The translations under genes were made by a program, and so were the position numbers. A stretch of DNA of 63,884 nucleotides, counting the filler, from Craspedostauros australis (taxonomy: Eukaryota), in the NCBI GenBank assembly GCA_030167865.1. It is 16 parts of 16 records of this genome, joined end to end, with 100 filler letters (N's around TTAATTAATTAA, not from the genome) between each part and the next. Parts side by side here need not be neighbours in the genome. Positions count along the whole stretch, not along the records: positions 49,585 to 52,450 come from JALAGF010005685.1; positions 52,551 to 59,965 come from JALAGF010005686.1; positions 60,066 to 63,884 come from JALAGF010005688.1; 13 more parts are not named here. One strand, given 5' to 3'. The notes under the pieces were generated by a model, which made no database searches, was not told where the DNA came from, and was given only the letters and a program-made list of their open reading frames with translations. Position 1 is the first letter of the stretch. Every line of letters starts with the position of its first letter. This document shows positions 49,585 through 61,254 of the stretch, one piece after another.

Positions 49585-52450
49585 AAGATCGTGTTCGATC
49601 GAGTCTTCCCCACATCCAACGGATTCATCACAGGAGTGCAGATGCATCCCATCATGCCAACAGACGACAACAAGGCTTGCACAGCCATCGTCAAGAATCC
49701 ATCCAAGGAGATCAGCGTGGTGAACCTGCACCGAATGCTTGGCCACGCGCCACTCGAGACCATGAAGCGGACGGCCGCTCAGTACGGATGGAAAATCATC
49801 GGCGAGATGCCGGTATGTCGCGACTGCGCGGTCGCGAACGCAAGAGTGAAGAATATTCCAAAGGCAACCATTCCGAGAGCAACTCGCCGTGGCGAACGGC
49901 TCTTCATTGACATTAGTTACACTAAACACATAAGCTTCGGAGATAAACGCTACTGGACCCTNATNGTGGACGACTGCACGGATCACTGCTGGAGTTTCTT
50001 TCTCAAGAACAAGAGTGATCAACCAGGATACATCAAACGATTCGTCCAGACGATCAAGTCACAGATTGGTGACCAACAGATCATCTTCCGAGGTGACAAC
50101 AGCGGAGAGAACAAGTCCACGCAGGATATTCTCATCGATGCAGGACTCAACATGAAATTCGAATACACGGCATCGAACACGCCGCAACAGAATGGTAGAG
50201 TAGAACGCAAGTTCGCGTACCTCTACACCAAAGTCCGCTCCATGCTCAACGGAGCACAGCTCGACGAAGAGTATAGGCATGGCCTGTGGGCAGCAGCTNN
50301 NNNNNNNNNNNNNNNNNNNNNNNNNNNNNNNNNNNNNNNNNNNNNNNNATCACTGCTGGAGTTTCTTTCTCAAGAACAAGAGTGATCAACCAGGATACAT
50401 CAAACGATTCGTCCAGACGATCAAGTCACAGATTGGTGACCAACAGATCATCTTCCGAGGTGACAACAGCGGAGAGAACAAGTCCACGCAGGATATTCTC
50501 ATCGATGCAGGACTCAACNNNNNNNNNNNNNNNNNNNNNNNNNNNNNNNNNNNNNNNNNNNNNNNNNNNNNNNNNNNNNNNNNNNNNNNNNNNNNNNNNN
50601 NNNNNNNNNNNNNNAACGGAGCACAGCTCGACGAAGAGTATAGGCATGGCCTGTGGGCAGCAGCTGCTAGCACTGCCACCGCCATCGCCAACATCACCAT
50701 AGCGAAGAACCAGAAGGAGTCACCACATCGACAATTCTTTGGCAACGATCCACCATATGCGGATGCACTCTGCACGTTTGGAGAAGTGGGTGTTGTGAAG
50801 ACTACCTACGGCGGGATCACCGCCAAACTCAAGAACAGAGGAGAAGATGATAATCAGCAATTACACACAGGACAAGAGGGGAGCACCAAACACTGCACTT
50901 ACTACGCCGCCTGGGTGATCAATCCAATAGGTGAAGTTGGAGATGTTTGGTGNNNNNNNNNNNNNNNNNNNNNNNNNNNNNNNNNNNNNNNNNNNNNNNN
51001 NNNNNNNNNNNATGATCTCCTATTGCTAATGATGGTGCCTATTGCACGGGTTTCTAATGTGCTGCTCGATTACCTCGTGGTTTCTCTCGCAGTCTTTCCT
51101 AAAACATTGCCCAAGATGGCATGTTGATCTACACGATATCTCGTGTTATTCTCGCCTTTGGGTCTTTCTCCATCTCTCCTGGTCTTGCCTAATCTTGATC
51201 TCTGTCTGATCATATATGGGTTGATCCGTCTACGTCGATGAGGTGCATGCATCACCTCTGACGATGTTGTTCTGGATCCTAAATGTTGTTGCCACGTGTT
51301 CGATGATGCACTCGGCTAGGCTAGACAGGTCAGCGTACCATGACTAAAACATAATCTTGATTCCGAGGATCACAATGACCGATCCTCTGACGTCATACGA
51401 TGATGTCAGTGCCTACGTCATGTTCGATGACAGTAGTGACTGAATATCAATCGTGTATCAAGACTCACTCGACTATACTCTCAACTCGAGTCGAATCAAA
51501 AATAATGAATCACGTCTCAGTCATGGGAGATGGGTACCTAATTTCGATCTAGATGTTGATAGAAGAGATGGTGTTCATTGGATATGCACACCAACACGCA
51601 TCAGGGGTCTACAACATGTACAGACCATCGACCAAGTCACTCATCTGNNNNNNNNNNNNNNNNNNNNNNNNNNNNNNNNNNNNNNNNNNNNNNNNNNNNN
51701 NNNNNNNNNNNNNNNNNNNNNNNGAAACAGGAACAACGGACGCAGACGGCTTCACAACCATCGGACGGAAGGGAGCAACGCCAAGGACGGCAACGCGTCA
51801 AACATCAAAAGCGAAGAGAGTATCTTTCGCTGACAGCAATAGATACTACATCCTATCAGACAGCGATGATGAGGATAATGAGGACGACGGAGCAGTGACT
51901 CAACTAATCCAGAATAACGAGGAAGATCGGAGCGAATCCAATCATGAGGATGACGAAATCCTTCCTTCCGGCGACGAAGCCGATGACGAGACAGGTGTCA
52001 CCCCTCCGAATACACCAGTGAGGTCTACACATGACACACCATCCAGATCTCCACCAAGCAAACCAAGCAAGCGTGACATAGCTAGAAAGGAGAGGATCCG
52101 ACGTCACGAAGCANNNNNNNNNNNNNNNNNNNNNNNNNNNNNNNNNNNNNNNNNNNNNNNNNNNNNNNNNNNNNNNNNNGAGCTCGCAGACTTCAACGAA
52201 CGAGGTCGAAAGGAAGAAGGCTATGAGAGCGATCCATCATCCAATGAGGCGAGTGATGAACTCAGCGACGAGATGATCGACGATTCCAACAACGAAACTA
52301 CAGATGACGAAGAAATCGAAGACGAAGATGAAGAGATCGAGATCACTCACCATAGCACAACTGGAGTATACGGAATGAATGCAATCATCACCGAGAGACC
52401 AGCGATCGACATCGGATTGTCGATGCAGGACGAGAACAAGGAACCAGAGA
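49585..52450 (+). mobile_element. Copia family A integrase and linker, interrupted by an insertion
   Basis: HRMLGH..CRDC zinc-binding motif, rve core, and a match to 44960-46790. Confidence 0.92.
50848..51561. mobile_element. Solo-LTR-like insertion with a 5-bp target duplication
   Basis: GAAGA at 50843-50847 and 51562-51566; the empty site is seen at 45643-45666. The insert begins TGATAA, ends GATA and is non-coding. Confidence 0.75.
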
Positions 52451-52860
52451 NNNNNNNNNNNNNNNNNNNNNNNNNNNNNNNNNNNNNNNNNNNNTTAATT
52501 AATTAANNNNNNNNNNNNNNNNNNNNNNNNNNNNNNNNNNNNNNNNNNNNTGCAGAACAGACGAAACGAGCATGCCATCACACTGGTCTACTGCGACGTA
52601 GGAAGTAACACATGCGTGCATCGGTTTGTATTGCATTTGTATCGCGTTCGCTACACTACGTTGATACTTGATGTTGTGAAGTGGTTTGCATGGCTTGGCC
52701 ATTCCAAACGAACGCGCGAGCGCCATGTGTTGCTCTCATCGAATCCCGTCTGTGTATCCCTGTTTGTTGGTCTGTTTCCATTTCATCAATCGTGACGTGG
52801 CAAGAGCTTTGCTTAGTCGATCTAGTCAGTTGAGCCAAGTGGCGTGTCCCGTGAAACAAA

Positions 52861-53082
52861 TCGAATGACCTCTAAATAAATCGAATAACGACTATTTATT
52901 TCGAATGACGTCTAAATAAATCAAATGACGACTATTTAATTCGAATGACGTCTAAATAAATCTAATGACGACTATTTAATTCGAATGACGTCTAAATAAA
53001 TCTAATGACGACTATTTAATTCGAATAACGTCTAAATAAATCTAATGACGACTATTTAATTCGAATGACGTCTAAATAAATC
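52861..53082 (+). repeat. AT-rich minisatellite, 40-bp unit made of two 20-bp halves, 5.5 copies
   Basis: Consensus TCGAATGACGTCTAAATAAA-TCTAATGACGACTATTTAAT. Confidence 0.95.
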
Positions 53083-53959
53083 AAGGGTTTGGTGTTGGCA
53101 CGATTGCTCGGGATTTAACCAAGGCAAACTTAGCGAGGGTCATTCTCGGAGTTTCTGCCCATGTGCCCCATAAATGAAATTGGCGTCTGTGACCGGCGAA
53201 GAGTTCCCGAGAACACCAGTTTGAATCGAGATTTTTCTTCTCGGGAAAACAGTTGTCATCGCCAATACAGAAAGCTCTGATTGGCTGGGTCAGTCACATC
53301 GCAGATTGACTAATTCGACCCATTTTGCCGGGTGTCCCTGTCCGCAATCATCCACGATTAGGAACTTCGACACGTACGACTAGAACCTACTTACGACCAA
53401 CATGATCATTTGAGGCGATGCAGTCATACTCGTGAGTAAAACGGACATGTCTGGACACGATGGGATGGACACGAGAGAGAAAGAACGCAAAACACGCAGA
53501 CACAACACAGAAACAAGATTTGTGACATTTTTTGACACGACGAATGGCAACGATGACAGCCACGATGGCGACTCCAACCGCTGCCTTCTCCGTTCTCTGA
53601 TTCGGCACCAAAACCAGATGTTGTGCAACGCATGAAGCAACGCAAAACGCAACGCACCAACACGCTCCGCATCAACACGAAGAGAACATCATCTGGAGGT
53701 GATCCCAGCATTGCTCGCACTCCACTCAAGAGAGCATTCCATCAGCATTGCCGTGTTGGAAAGAATCGAGTTGAGAAGATCTCCACAAAGTGATTCCGCA
53801 CCAACATTGCCATCAACATTGCCATCAACACTGCCAACATCATCGGCAGCAATCGTGTCAAATAGAATACACACTCGCAAGAGCATCCATTGCAGACTAT
53901 ACCATAACGCTCAACAATACAGCCACATCCATCCACTCAATCAGCAAGGTGTACAGAGG

Positions 53960-55828
53960 ATGACGTCGCTGGGAGATGGAAGGAGAGCCGGCGCAGGAGC
54001 AATGCAATGGACACAGCGGATACGGAGCTTGACGTGCGTTGCATTCGCCATCGCCATCCATCACAACATCGGACACGCTTCCGCGCAAGACACCTGCACC
54101 TTCGATGGCATCATGTACAACCGAGGTGACAAGGTGGACGTCGAATCCAGATGCGGACGTCCCGATCTCTACCCCTGCTTCTGCAACCCCGATCTGCAGG
54201 CGTCGCAGGACAGCTTGGAGTGTCCTATTTGCACCGTCGCCGATGGTGGCACCGATCTGCGTTGCTACGTCGATCAGCAGACCATCAGCTACTTCGATGT
54301 CAACAATGTGGGCACGACCTGCACCTGCGACACTTCCGTGCCCGGGGTCAACACCCAGAATTGTGTGGCCGATCCCAACGCCGGTGTTTGCGAGGAGGAG
54401 AATCCAGCCAACGGTCAGATCGAGATTCGCAATCCGGGTGAGCCCTTCAAGTACCTTGGAGACAGTCGATGTGGAACGGTACGTCGTCATGCATGTGTTG
54501 CGTGTGCGTTGTCGATGTGCATACCATTGTGCGTTGCTTTTGGTTGTGTGTTTTGTGATGGTGCATCGTATTGCAAACTATTTGCGTGGTGTCATCAACG
54601 TGAAGCTGTGATACATGCCACAGTCATTTGCTGTGCCATCTTCAACATTGAAGTCTCATTTATTTATTCATTCGTTCATTTATTTACTTCTTGATTTACG
54701 CACGTGACACTGGGATTCGAAACCCTCAATCTCTCAACAATGCCATGCCAATAATGCCATATCGTTGAACTACACGTGGGACAGGCGCAAGAATTCCCTT
54801 GCATCTGCGACCCCAAATATCCAGGAAAGATCGCGTGTCCATATTGTGCCGTTGCAATGCCTGGTGGCCAGCTGAGATGCATCCGAGGCGGCGAGACGGA
54901 ACGGTTCATGACTCTGGCGGCCAACGACCTCCAGGATTGTTCGTGCGATGTTCCGGAGCCGTTCAACGTGCCCATCACGACATGCGGCACGGCCCCCACA
55001 CCCGCACCGGCCTTCGATCAGACTTGCGAGATCACCACGCCCAGCGGTGCCACCATCGAGTATCAGGCCGGAGCGTCTTTGGGCAACGCATTCGATAATG
55101 GATGTGGGCGTGAATATCCCTGCTTCTGCAACCCCAACCTTGACAGCCAGATCGAATGTCCCTACTGCGCCTTCACAGACTCGGATGGCAGTGCCAAATG
55201 CGCGGCGGACAACGAAGCATTCTTGTACTCCATCCCCACCAGCAGCCAGCCGGTGCAATGCAAGTGCCTCGTGCAAGGCGAGCTCACGGCAGACATGAAA
55301 ACCATCTTTGACTGCGATGACGACTTCCAACCACCGCCCATCCTATCCTGCCTCAGCCAGCTCGACAGCGGAGAGATTGTGGCGACTGCAAACATGGCAT
55401 CGTTCGGTGATCTCGTGGTGGGACCCTGCGGGCCGCCGGGCGAATTCCCGGCCTTCTGCAACAAATCCATTCCCAACGAGAAGGAGTACCCGTACTGCCA
55501 GTTCGAATCCCAAAGCGACGGCACCGTCTGCGCCAAGAACGGCGAGACGCTGGAGTTCGTCGACACCGACGGCGACACGCAATCGTGCGAATGCAAGTAC
55601 ACCTCCATCGCCGTGGGACCGCAGGCAGCCTGCAAGCTGGTCGCGAGTGCTTCGGATGCGCCGGTCATGTCGCCCACCGTCGTTCCCGAACGTCCACCCA
55701 CCAGCGCGCCCTTCGAACGCACCACTGTCGACAATCGTGATAGCGCGGCGTCTCATTTAGGCGTGGCGGTCTCGTGGATGTCCGCGGCAAGTCTTTTCGT
55801 TGTTGGCGTCTTGGCTGCGTTCTGTTAA
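53960..55828 (+). CDS. Secreted, probably GPI-anchored protein with four Cys-rich repeats; two exons (intron 54479-54784)
   Basis: Signal-like N-terminus (ATG 53960 or 54002; ...HASA-QD), repeat CG....(Y/F)PC.C.P......CPYC, phase-0 GTACGT..CAG intron restoring repeat 2, Pro/Thr stalk and hydrophobic C-terminal tail. Confidence 0.85.
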
Positions 55829-56689
55829 TAGAGTGGTGCAATGTGGCGCACTGCAACGTGTTGCAAGGGATGATTGGTTTATCTGGCAAGAACCAAGAGA
55901 CTGAATCAAGAGACTGAATGAATGAAAGCAAGCAAGCAAGCAAGAAATACAGTCGAGGCCATACGTTGGTGAACGTGAAGTGGAAATCTGTTGGATGTGA
56001 TATGACCTGGATATAATACGAATATATGCAACTAAATGAATTCATAACAGCCGCCACACGTACATGGAAAGAGCTTGAACCTCTCCAGAGTGTACTCGAA
56101 TAGCATCGTCGAGCAGAGTACTCCAAGGAATACTTGCACATGAATGTATTTTACTATCGCGTGGAGGCATCGACCATCAACATAGATTGTGATGATCGGG
56201 AGACGATACGGGATGTGTTGCGCGCGATGTGATTATTGTGATTATCTCCAACTGTACAAAGGCTGTGGTCATCATCCATGAAACGACACCAACACAAAGA
56301 GAGAGAGAGATGAAATGGCATGACAAAGATCTATATTTACATTGATGAAGATGTCAGCTAACGTACCATACGCAGACATCACCAGTATAGAAGTGAATCA
56401 AGGAAACAAGCAGCCACGCGAATCGCACTTCGCCGAAAAGGAGATGGAGATGCTGATGATGAATGGCAAGCGGTGACGAACAGCAATCTCAAACATGTCG
56501 CATCGCTCAGCGACATCAGAAAGGAAGATATCAAGCCAACTGTTCTGGAGTAGAGGAGAGCTTGGGACATGGGCAATCGCAGTGCCAACAACAGCCGACA
56601 GCAATGGCAAGACATGTCATGGCCTGAGGTGCAGTCTGGATTCAAGTCATCAGTGGCAGTGCCGTCCACCTCAATCACTTTGGATGATT

Positions 56690-58400
56690 TGGTACTCATG
56701 GAGCGGGCGAAGTCCACCAATGTCACCCGATCCAAGTATGAATCCACATGTACTGTACCCTCATCCTCATCTACAACCTTGTACAGCTTCACCATGGACA
56801 TACGACTGTACTCATCATCGATACCATCACTCTCCGTTCTCCCACTGCGGAGGACAACAATACTTATCATCAGTTGGGGGTTGTAGAATCAGTTTGCTTA
56901 AATCTAGATGAGTGAACATATCTTTCTCACTTTCAGCTGCCANNNNNNNNNNNNNNNNNNNNNNNNNNNNNNNNNNNNNNNNNNNNNNNNNNNNNNNNNN
57001 NNNNNNNNTGGTGTCCTCTGTGAGATGCTTGTGGGCCAACTCCATTTCCAGAACAAGCTTGAGTAGCCAGAAGCCGAACTCGTTGGCCACAAGGATCAGC
57101 TGTTGCCGATTGTCCTGCCCAGTGAGGATGGGAGTTGGCTGGTGAGAGGCATCTAGATCGTGGTGAGCGTTGGTGTGAGCGCCGATATGAGTGCCGGTGT
57201 GAGCAGCAGCGTTGTCACGAGCGCTGTCATTGAAGGATATCTTGGCTGTGTAGATGCATTGGAGGACGTATCGGATGTGTTTTGGTTGAAGATTGGGNNN
57301 NNNNNNNNNNNNNNNNNNNNNNNNNNNNNNNNNNNNNNNNNNNNNNNGCATTGGAGGACGTATCGGATGTGTTTTGGTTGAAGATTGGGAAGAGGGATGG
57401 TTGTTTGGATGGGTTCAGTTCCATCGTGAGCATCATCATTCGTGCGGTGAAGTTGGGTTCCTTTGTCGATCAGTGTCTCAATGGATGGGAGTGTGATGAT
57501 GAGGGCTTGGGCGTTTGCCTTGGTTAGTTGCTGGTCGTGGCCCTGTCCACACAAGAAGATGGTGTCTGTCCTGTCCTCGGTTTGGAAGGATATGGCCGAT
57601 CTTCTCCAATGTTGATGTTGGTCCTCTTGTTGCTGCTGTGTTTGTGTTCATTCTTTTTGCCTCTTTCGCTTCAACTGCTGTCCCAACTGTTCTTGTGATT
57701 GTTCATTTGCTTGTTCGTTTTGTTGTAAGCGTTGCTGCAGTTGTTGCAATTGTGGGTGAGCTGAAGGCGAAAGTCCTCTGATGAGGGACTCGATACGCTC
57801 CAGGTGGCTGTAGCGGCATGCCCAACGAAGGGGAGTGTCACCATCGGTGTTTTGGCAGTTGATGTTCGCCCCACATGATTCGATGAGGTACTCCATACGC
57901 TCCAGCTCGCCTCTGTAGCATGCCTCATGAAGGGGAGTGCCACCATAGAAGTTTCGGCAGTTGATGTTCGCTCCACATGATTCAATGAGGTACTCTACAC
58001 ACTCCAGGTGACCGTTGCCGCATGCCACATGAAGGGGGGTGCCACCATACATGGTTTTGCAGTTGATGTTCGCCTCACATGATTCGATGAGGTACTTCAC
58101 ACACTCCAGCTGGCCTTTTTCGCATGCGTAATGAAGGGGAGTGAAACCATGGCTGTCTGTAACCTTGTTGACATCAACTCCTTCATTCTGTGTCTTGTTC
58201 TGCTTCTTCCATTCCTCCAACACCGACAAGTCACCTGCCTTGGCAGCATCAAGGAGTTCTTTGCCCGTAACATTCTCCATTTCGAGAGGATGGTCGATGG
58301 TTGGTGGACGATTGACGTTGGACGTTGAACGATTGGTGTTGGATTGACTGTTGAGGAAGTGTGCTGTTCGAGCTACCCATGACATGTGTGTTGTTGATGT
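56690..58400 (-). pseudogene. Ankyrin-repeat + BTB/POZ-like gene, disrupted
   Basis: Ankyrin repeats (GxTPLHxAC..G.LECV.YLIE). In-frame TGA at 57648-57650, after which the frame continues into a BTB-like region (IPLPNLQP..IRYVLQCIYT, LILVANEFGF..LK..LE). Frameshift near 56850. Confidence 0.7.
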
Positions 58401-59226
58401 GCTCGATTGTGGGGTTGAGCGGTGTGTGCGGTTGCCTCGTTTCAATGTTCTCCCGTTTCTCTCCTCGTTTCTCTGTTTGTCCACTTCTTGATCGCACCCT
58501 GGTTTGGGAGAGGGCACCAGCGCTGTCCGGAGAGTGCGGATCCTTCCTTTTGCTCTCTACACGAACTGGCGCACACAACAACGAGAAGAAGGAACAGAAC
58601 ACAACACACCCCCACAAGATCGCTGTTGCGAACGCGAGAACACCACAAATGGGAATCGTCGATTCTCGCTTCACCACTTTTGCGCGTGCCGAGATGTTCC
58701 CAATTCCACGAATTCTGTGTGTCAATGAAGTACTGTATTAGCTTCTTTCATGAGAAGGACATGTCAGAAAGGCGTTCAAATGAGATCTCTGATCGTCAAC
58801 TCGAAACAACCACGAAAGTGATGATGACGCCAACAGCGATGATGCGATGGAGGGAGCACCAAGATGATCACAATCTCAATTGCAACCATCGCACGTCACG
58901 ATGTACGCGTATCCCCCAAGGATTCCAATCGGCAACATGGTTGCCTGAGAACCGCACATGGGATATGCGTGATGCGTTGTACTACTACGAGTACGCATGA
59001 AGGCGGTGGATTGAACGATCGTGTTCCCAACAGGTTTGACCAGCAAGTCATCAGCGCTCCTTGTCAAAGTGCACAAGTAACTACTGTAGACGTATTGGCC
59101 CGTTGTTGCGTGCCCTGGTTGGAGCTCTTGTTCTTTATTTGTGAGTTGTCCGAAGACAAACCCCCGACCAGTATTTGTGACTAATATGATTAGTAAAGAG
59201 GTAAGAAGGTACAGAGAAAGTTGCCA

Positions 59227-59533
59227 CGCCCCTTGATCTTGAGGTAGACCCAGATAGAAGAGAGCGGTGACAAGAAGTGTTAGTTGCGGCCTTGCCAATG
59301 CCTTGGTGAGAATATCAGCGAAGTTGTGGACCGATGGGACGTGTACTGGAACCAGTATCCCGGCGCCAACGGCCTCACGGACTCGATGGAATGAGATGGC
59401 CACATGCTTCTTTTGCAGCAGGCTGTCTGCGATGGTCGTGTTCGAGATTACTGCATTGTTGTCACAGAATGTGACCGTGGGTGATTTGATGCGTACTCCC
59501 AGCGATCCGAGCGCGTATCATAGTGCAATGATT
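59227..59533 (-). mobile_element. Copia family B RNase H 3' end with PPT; LTR starts at 59226
   Basis: FCDNNAVISNTT..SLLQKKHVAISFHRVREAVGAG..NFADILTKAL. PPT AAGATCAAGGGGCG followed by TGGCAA. Confidence 0.85.
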
Positions 59534-59965
59534 TGTTGGCAAGTTCCGCTCACGGTAACCTACGATCGTGGAAGATGGTGTTGGTTGATAGTCGTTCGTT
59601 TGCTATTTCATTACGTTGGCACTCCGATACTCTNGGTGTCCGTTCGTTCTCTTGCCCGATGCTCTNGGCGCTTCAATCTGTTTCGTAGATTCAGTCTCCG
59701 ACTATGAGTCGGTACGCGAGATCCTCTCTCGCTCCTCTCTGTATTCTCTCTCTCTCTCTCTCTCTCATTATCATGTGCTCGTGCTACACGATGCTTCGTG
59801 TTCGATGCGTACTCCGCATTCGACACTCTGTTCATTCAGTACTGGTTCCTACTCCATGAGTACTTACCATTTGAAGTTCATCTTCAGTATCCATGATCTT
59901 CATGGGTCATCGCATCTTCGCCTCCTGCTCTGACTTGGAGACAGCTGTCGACGTGGTGACATGTT
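59534..59965 (-). repeat. Copia family A LTR inserted into family B RNase H
   Basis: Reverse complement of the family A LTR. Its CCAACA end abuts the codons for IIAL*YAL of the family B RNase H. Confidence 0.88.
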
Positions 59966-60159
59966 NNNNNNNNNNNNNNNNNNNNNNNNNNNNNNNNNNN
60001 NNNNNNNNNTTAATTAATTAANNNNNNNNNNNNNNNNNNNNNNNNNNNNNNNNNNNNNNNNNNNNGTCATGCCTTTGTTGTTACGTATCAGCATGCCTCT
60101 TGCTACCAATGTGCTGCTTGCGGGTTGTGGTGCCTGCTTCTCTTACCGTGCAACGAGCA

Positions 60160-61232
60160 TCGCATCATGTGAGCATCACAGCATCGCAACATCACAGGAT
60201 GGCTGCATCACAACATCGCAACATTGTAACATCACAATATTGTAGCATCGCAGGTTCACAACATCGCAGCATCNNNNNNNNNNNNNNNNNNNNNNNNNNN
60301 NNNNNNNNNNNTCACAGCATTGCAAGATCGCAGCATCACAGCATCCCAACATCGCAGCATCACATCATCGCAGCGTGACAGCATTGCAGTGTCACAGCAT
60401 CACAGCATCTCGGCATCGCAAGATTACAGCATCACAGCATCCCAACATCGCAGCATCACATCATTGCAGCGTCACACCATCACAGCATTGCGGCATCGCA
60501 AGATCACAGCATCCCAACATCGCAGCATTGCAACATCGCAGCGTCACAGCATTGCAGCATCACAGCATTGCAAGATCGCAGCATCACAGCATCGCAGCGT
60601 CACAGCGTCACAGCATTGCGGCATCGCAAGATTGCAGCGTCACACCATCACAGCATTGCGGCATTGCAAGATCACAGCATCCCAACATCGCAGCATTGCA
60701 ACATCGCAGCGTCACAGCATTGCGGCATCACAGCATTGCAACATCGCAGCATCGCAGCATTGCAGCGTCACAGCATCACAGCATTGCGGCATCGCAAGAT
60801 CACAGCATCCCAACATTGCAGCATCGCAACATCGCAGCGTCACAGCATTACGGCATCACAGCATTGCAAGATTGCAGCATCACAGCATCGCAGCATCACA
60901 GCATTGTGGCATCGCAAGATCGCAGCGTCACACCATCACAGCATTGCGGCATCGCAAGATCGCAGCATTGCAACATCGCAGCGTCACAGCATTGCGGCAT
61001 CACAGCATTGCAAGATCGCAGCATCACAGCATCACAGCATTGCGGCATTGCAAGATCACAGCGTCACAGCATCACAGCATTGCGGCATTGCAAGATCGCA
61101 GCATCACAGCATCCCAACATTGCGACATCGCAGCATTGCAACATCACATCATCACAACATTGCAGCATCACAGCATTGCAACATTGCAGCATCCCAACAT
61201 TGCGACATCACATCATTGCAGCATCACGACAT
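60160..61232 (+). repeat. Degenerate satellite with 8-bp period
   Basis: Units CGCAGCAT, TGCAGCAT, CACAGCAT, CGCAAGAT, TGCGGCAT and CCCAACAT over more than 1 kb. Confidence 0.92.
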
Positions 61233-61254
61233 CACCCAATTCAAAAGCTTCGTC

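Noticed and set aside
52861..53082. CRISPR array
   Set aside because: No unique spacers, no cas genes and a eukaryotic context; it is a plain tandem repeat.
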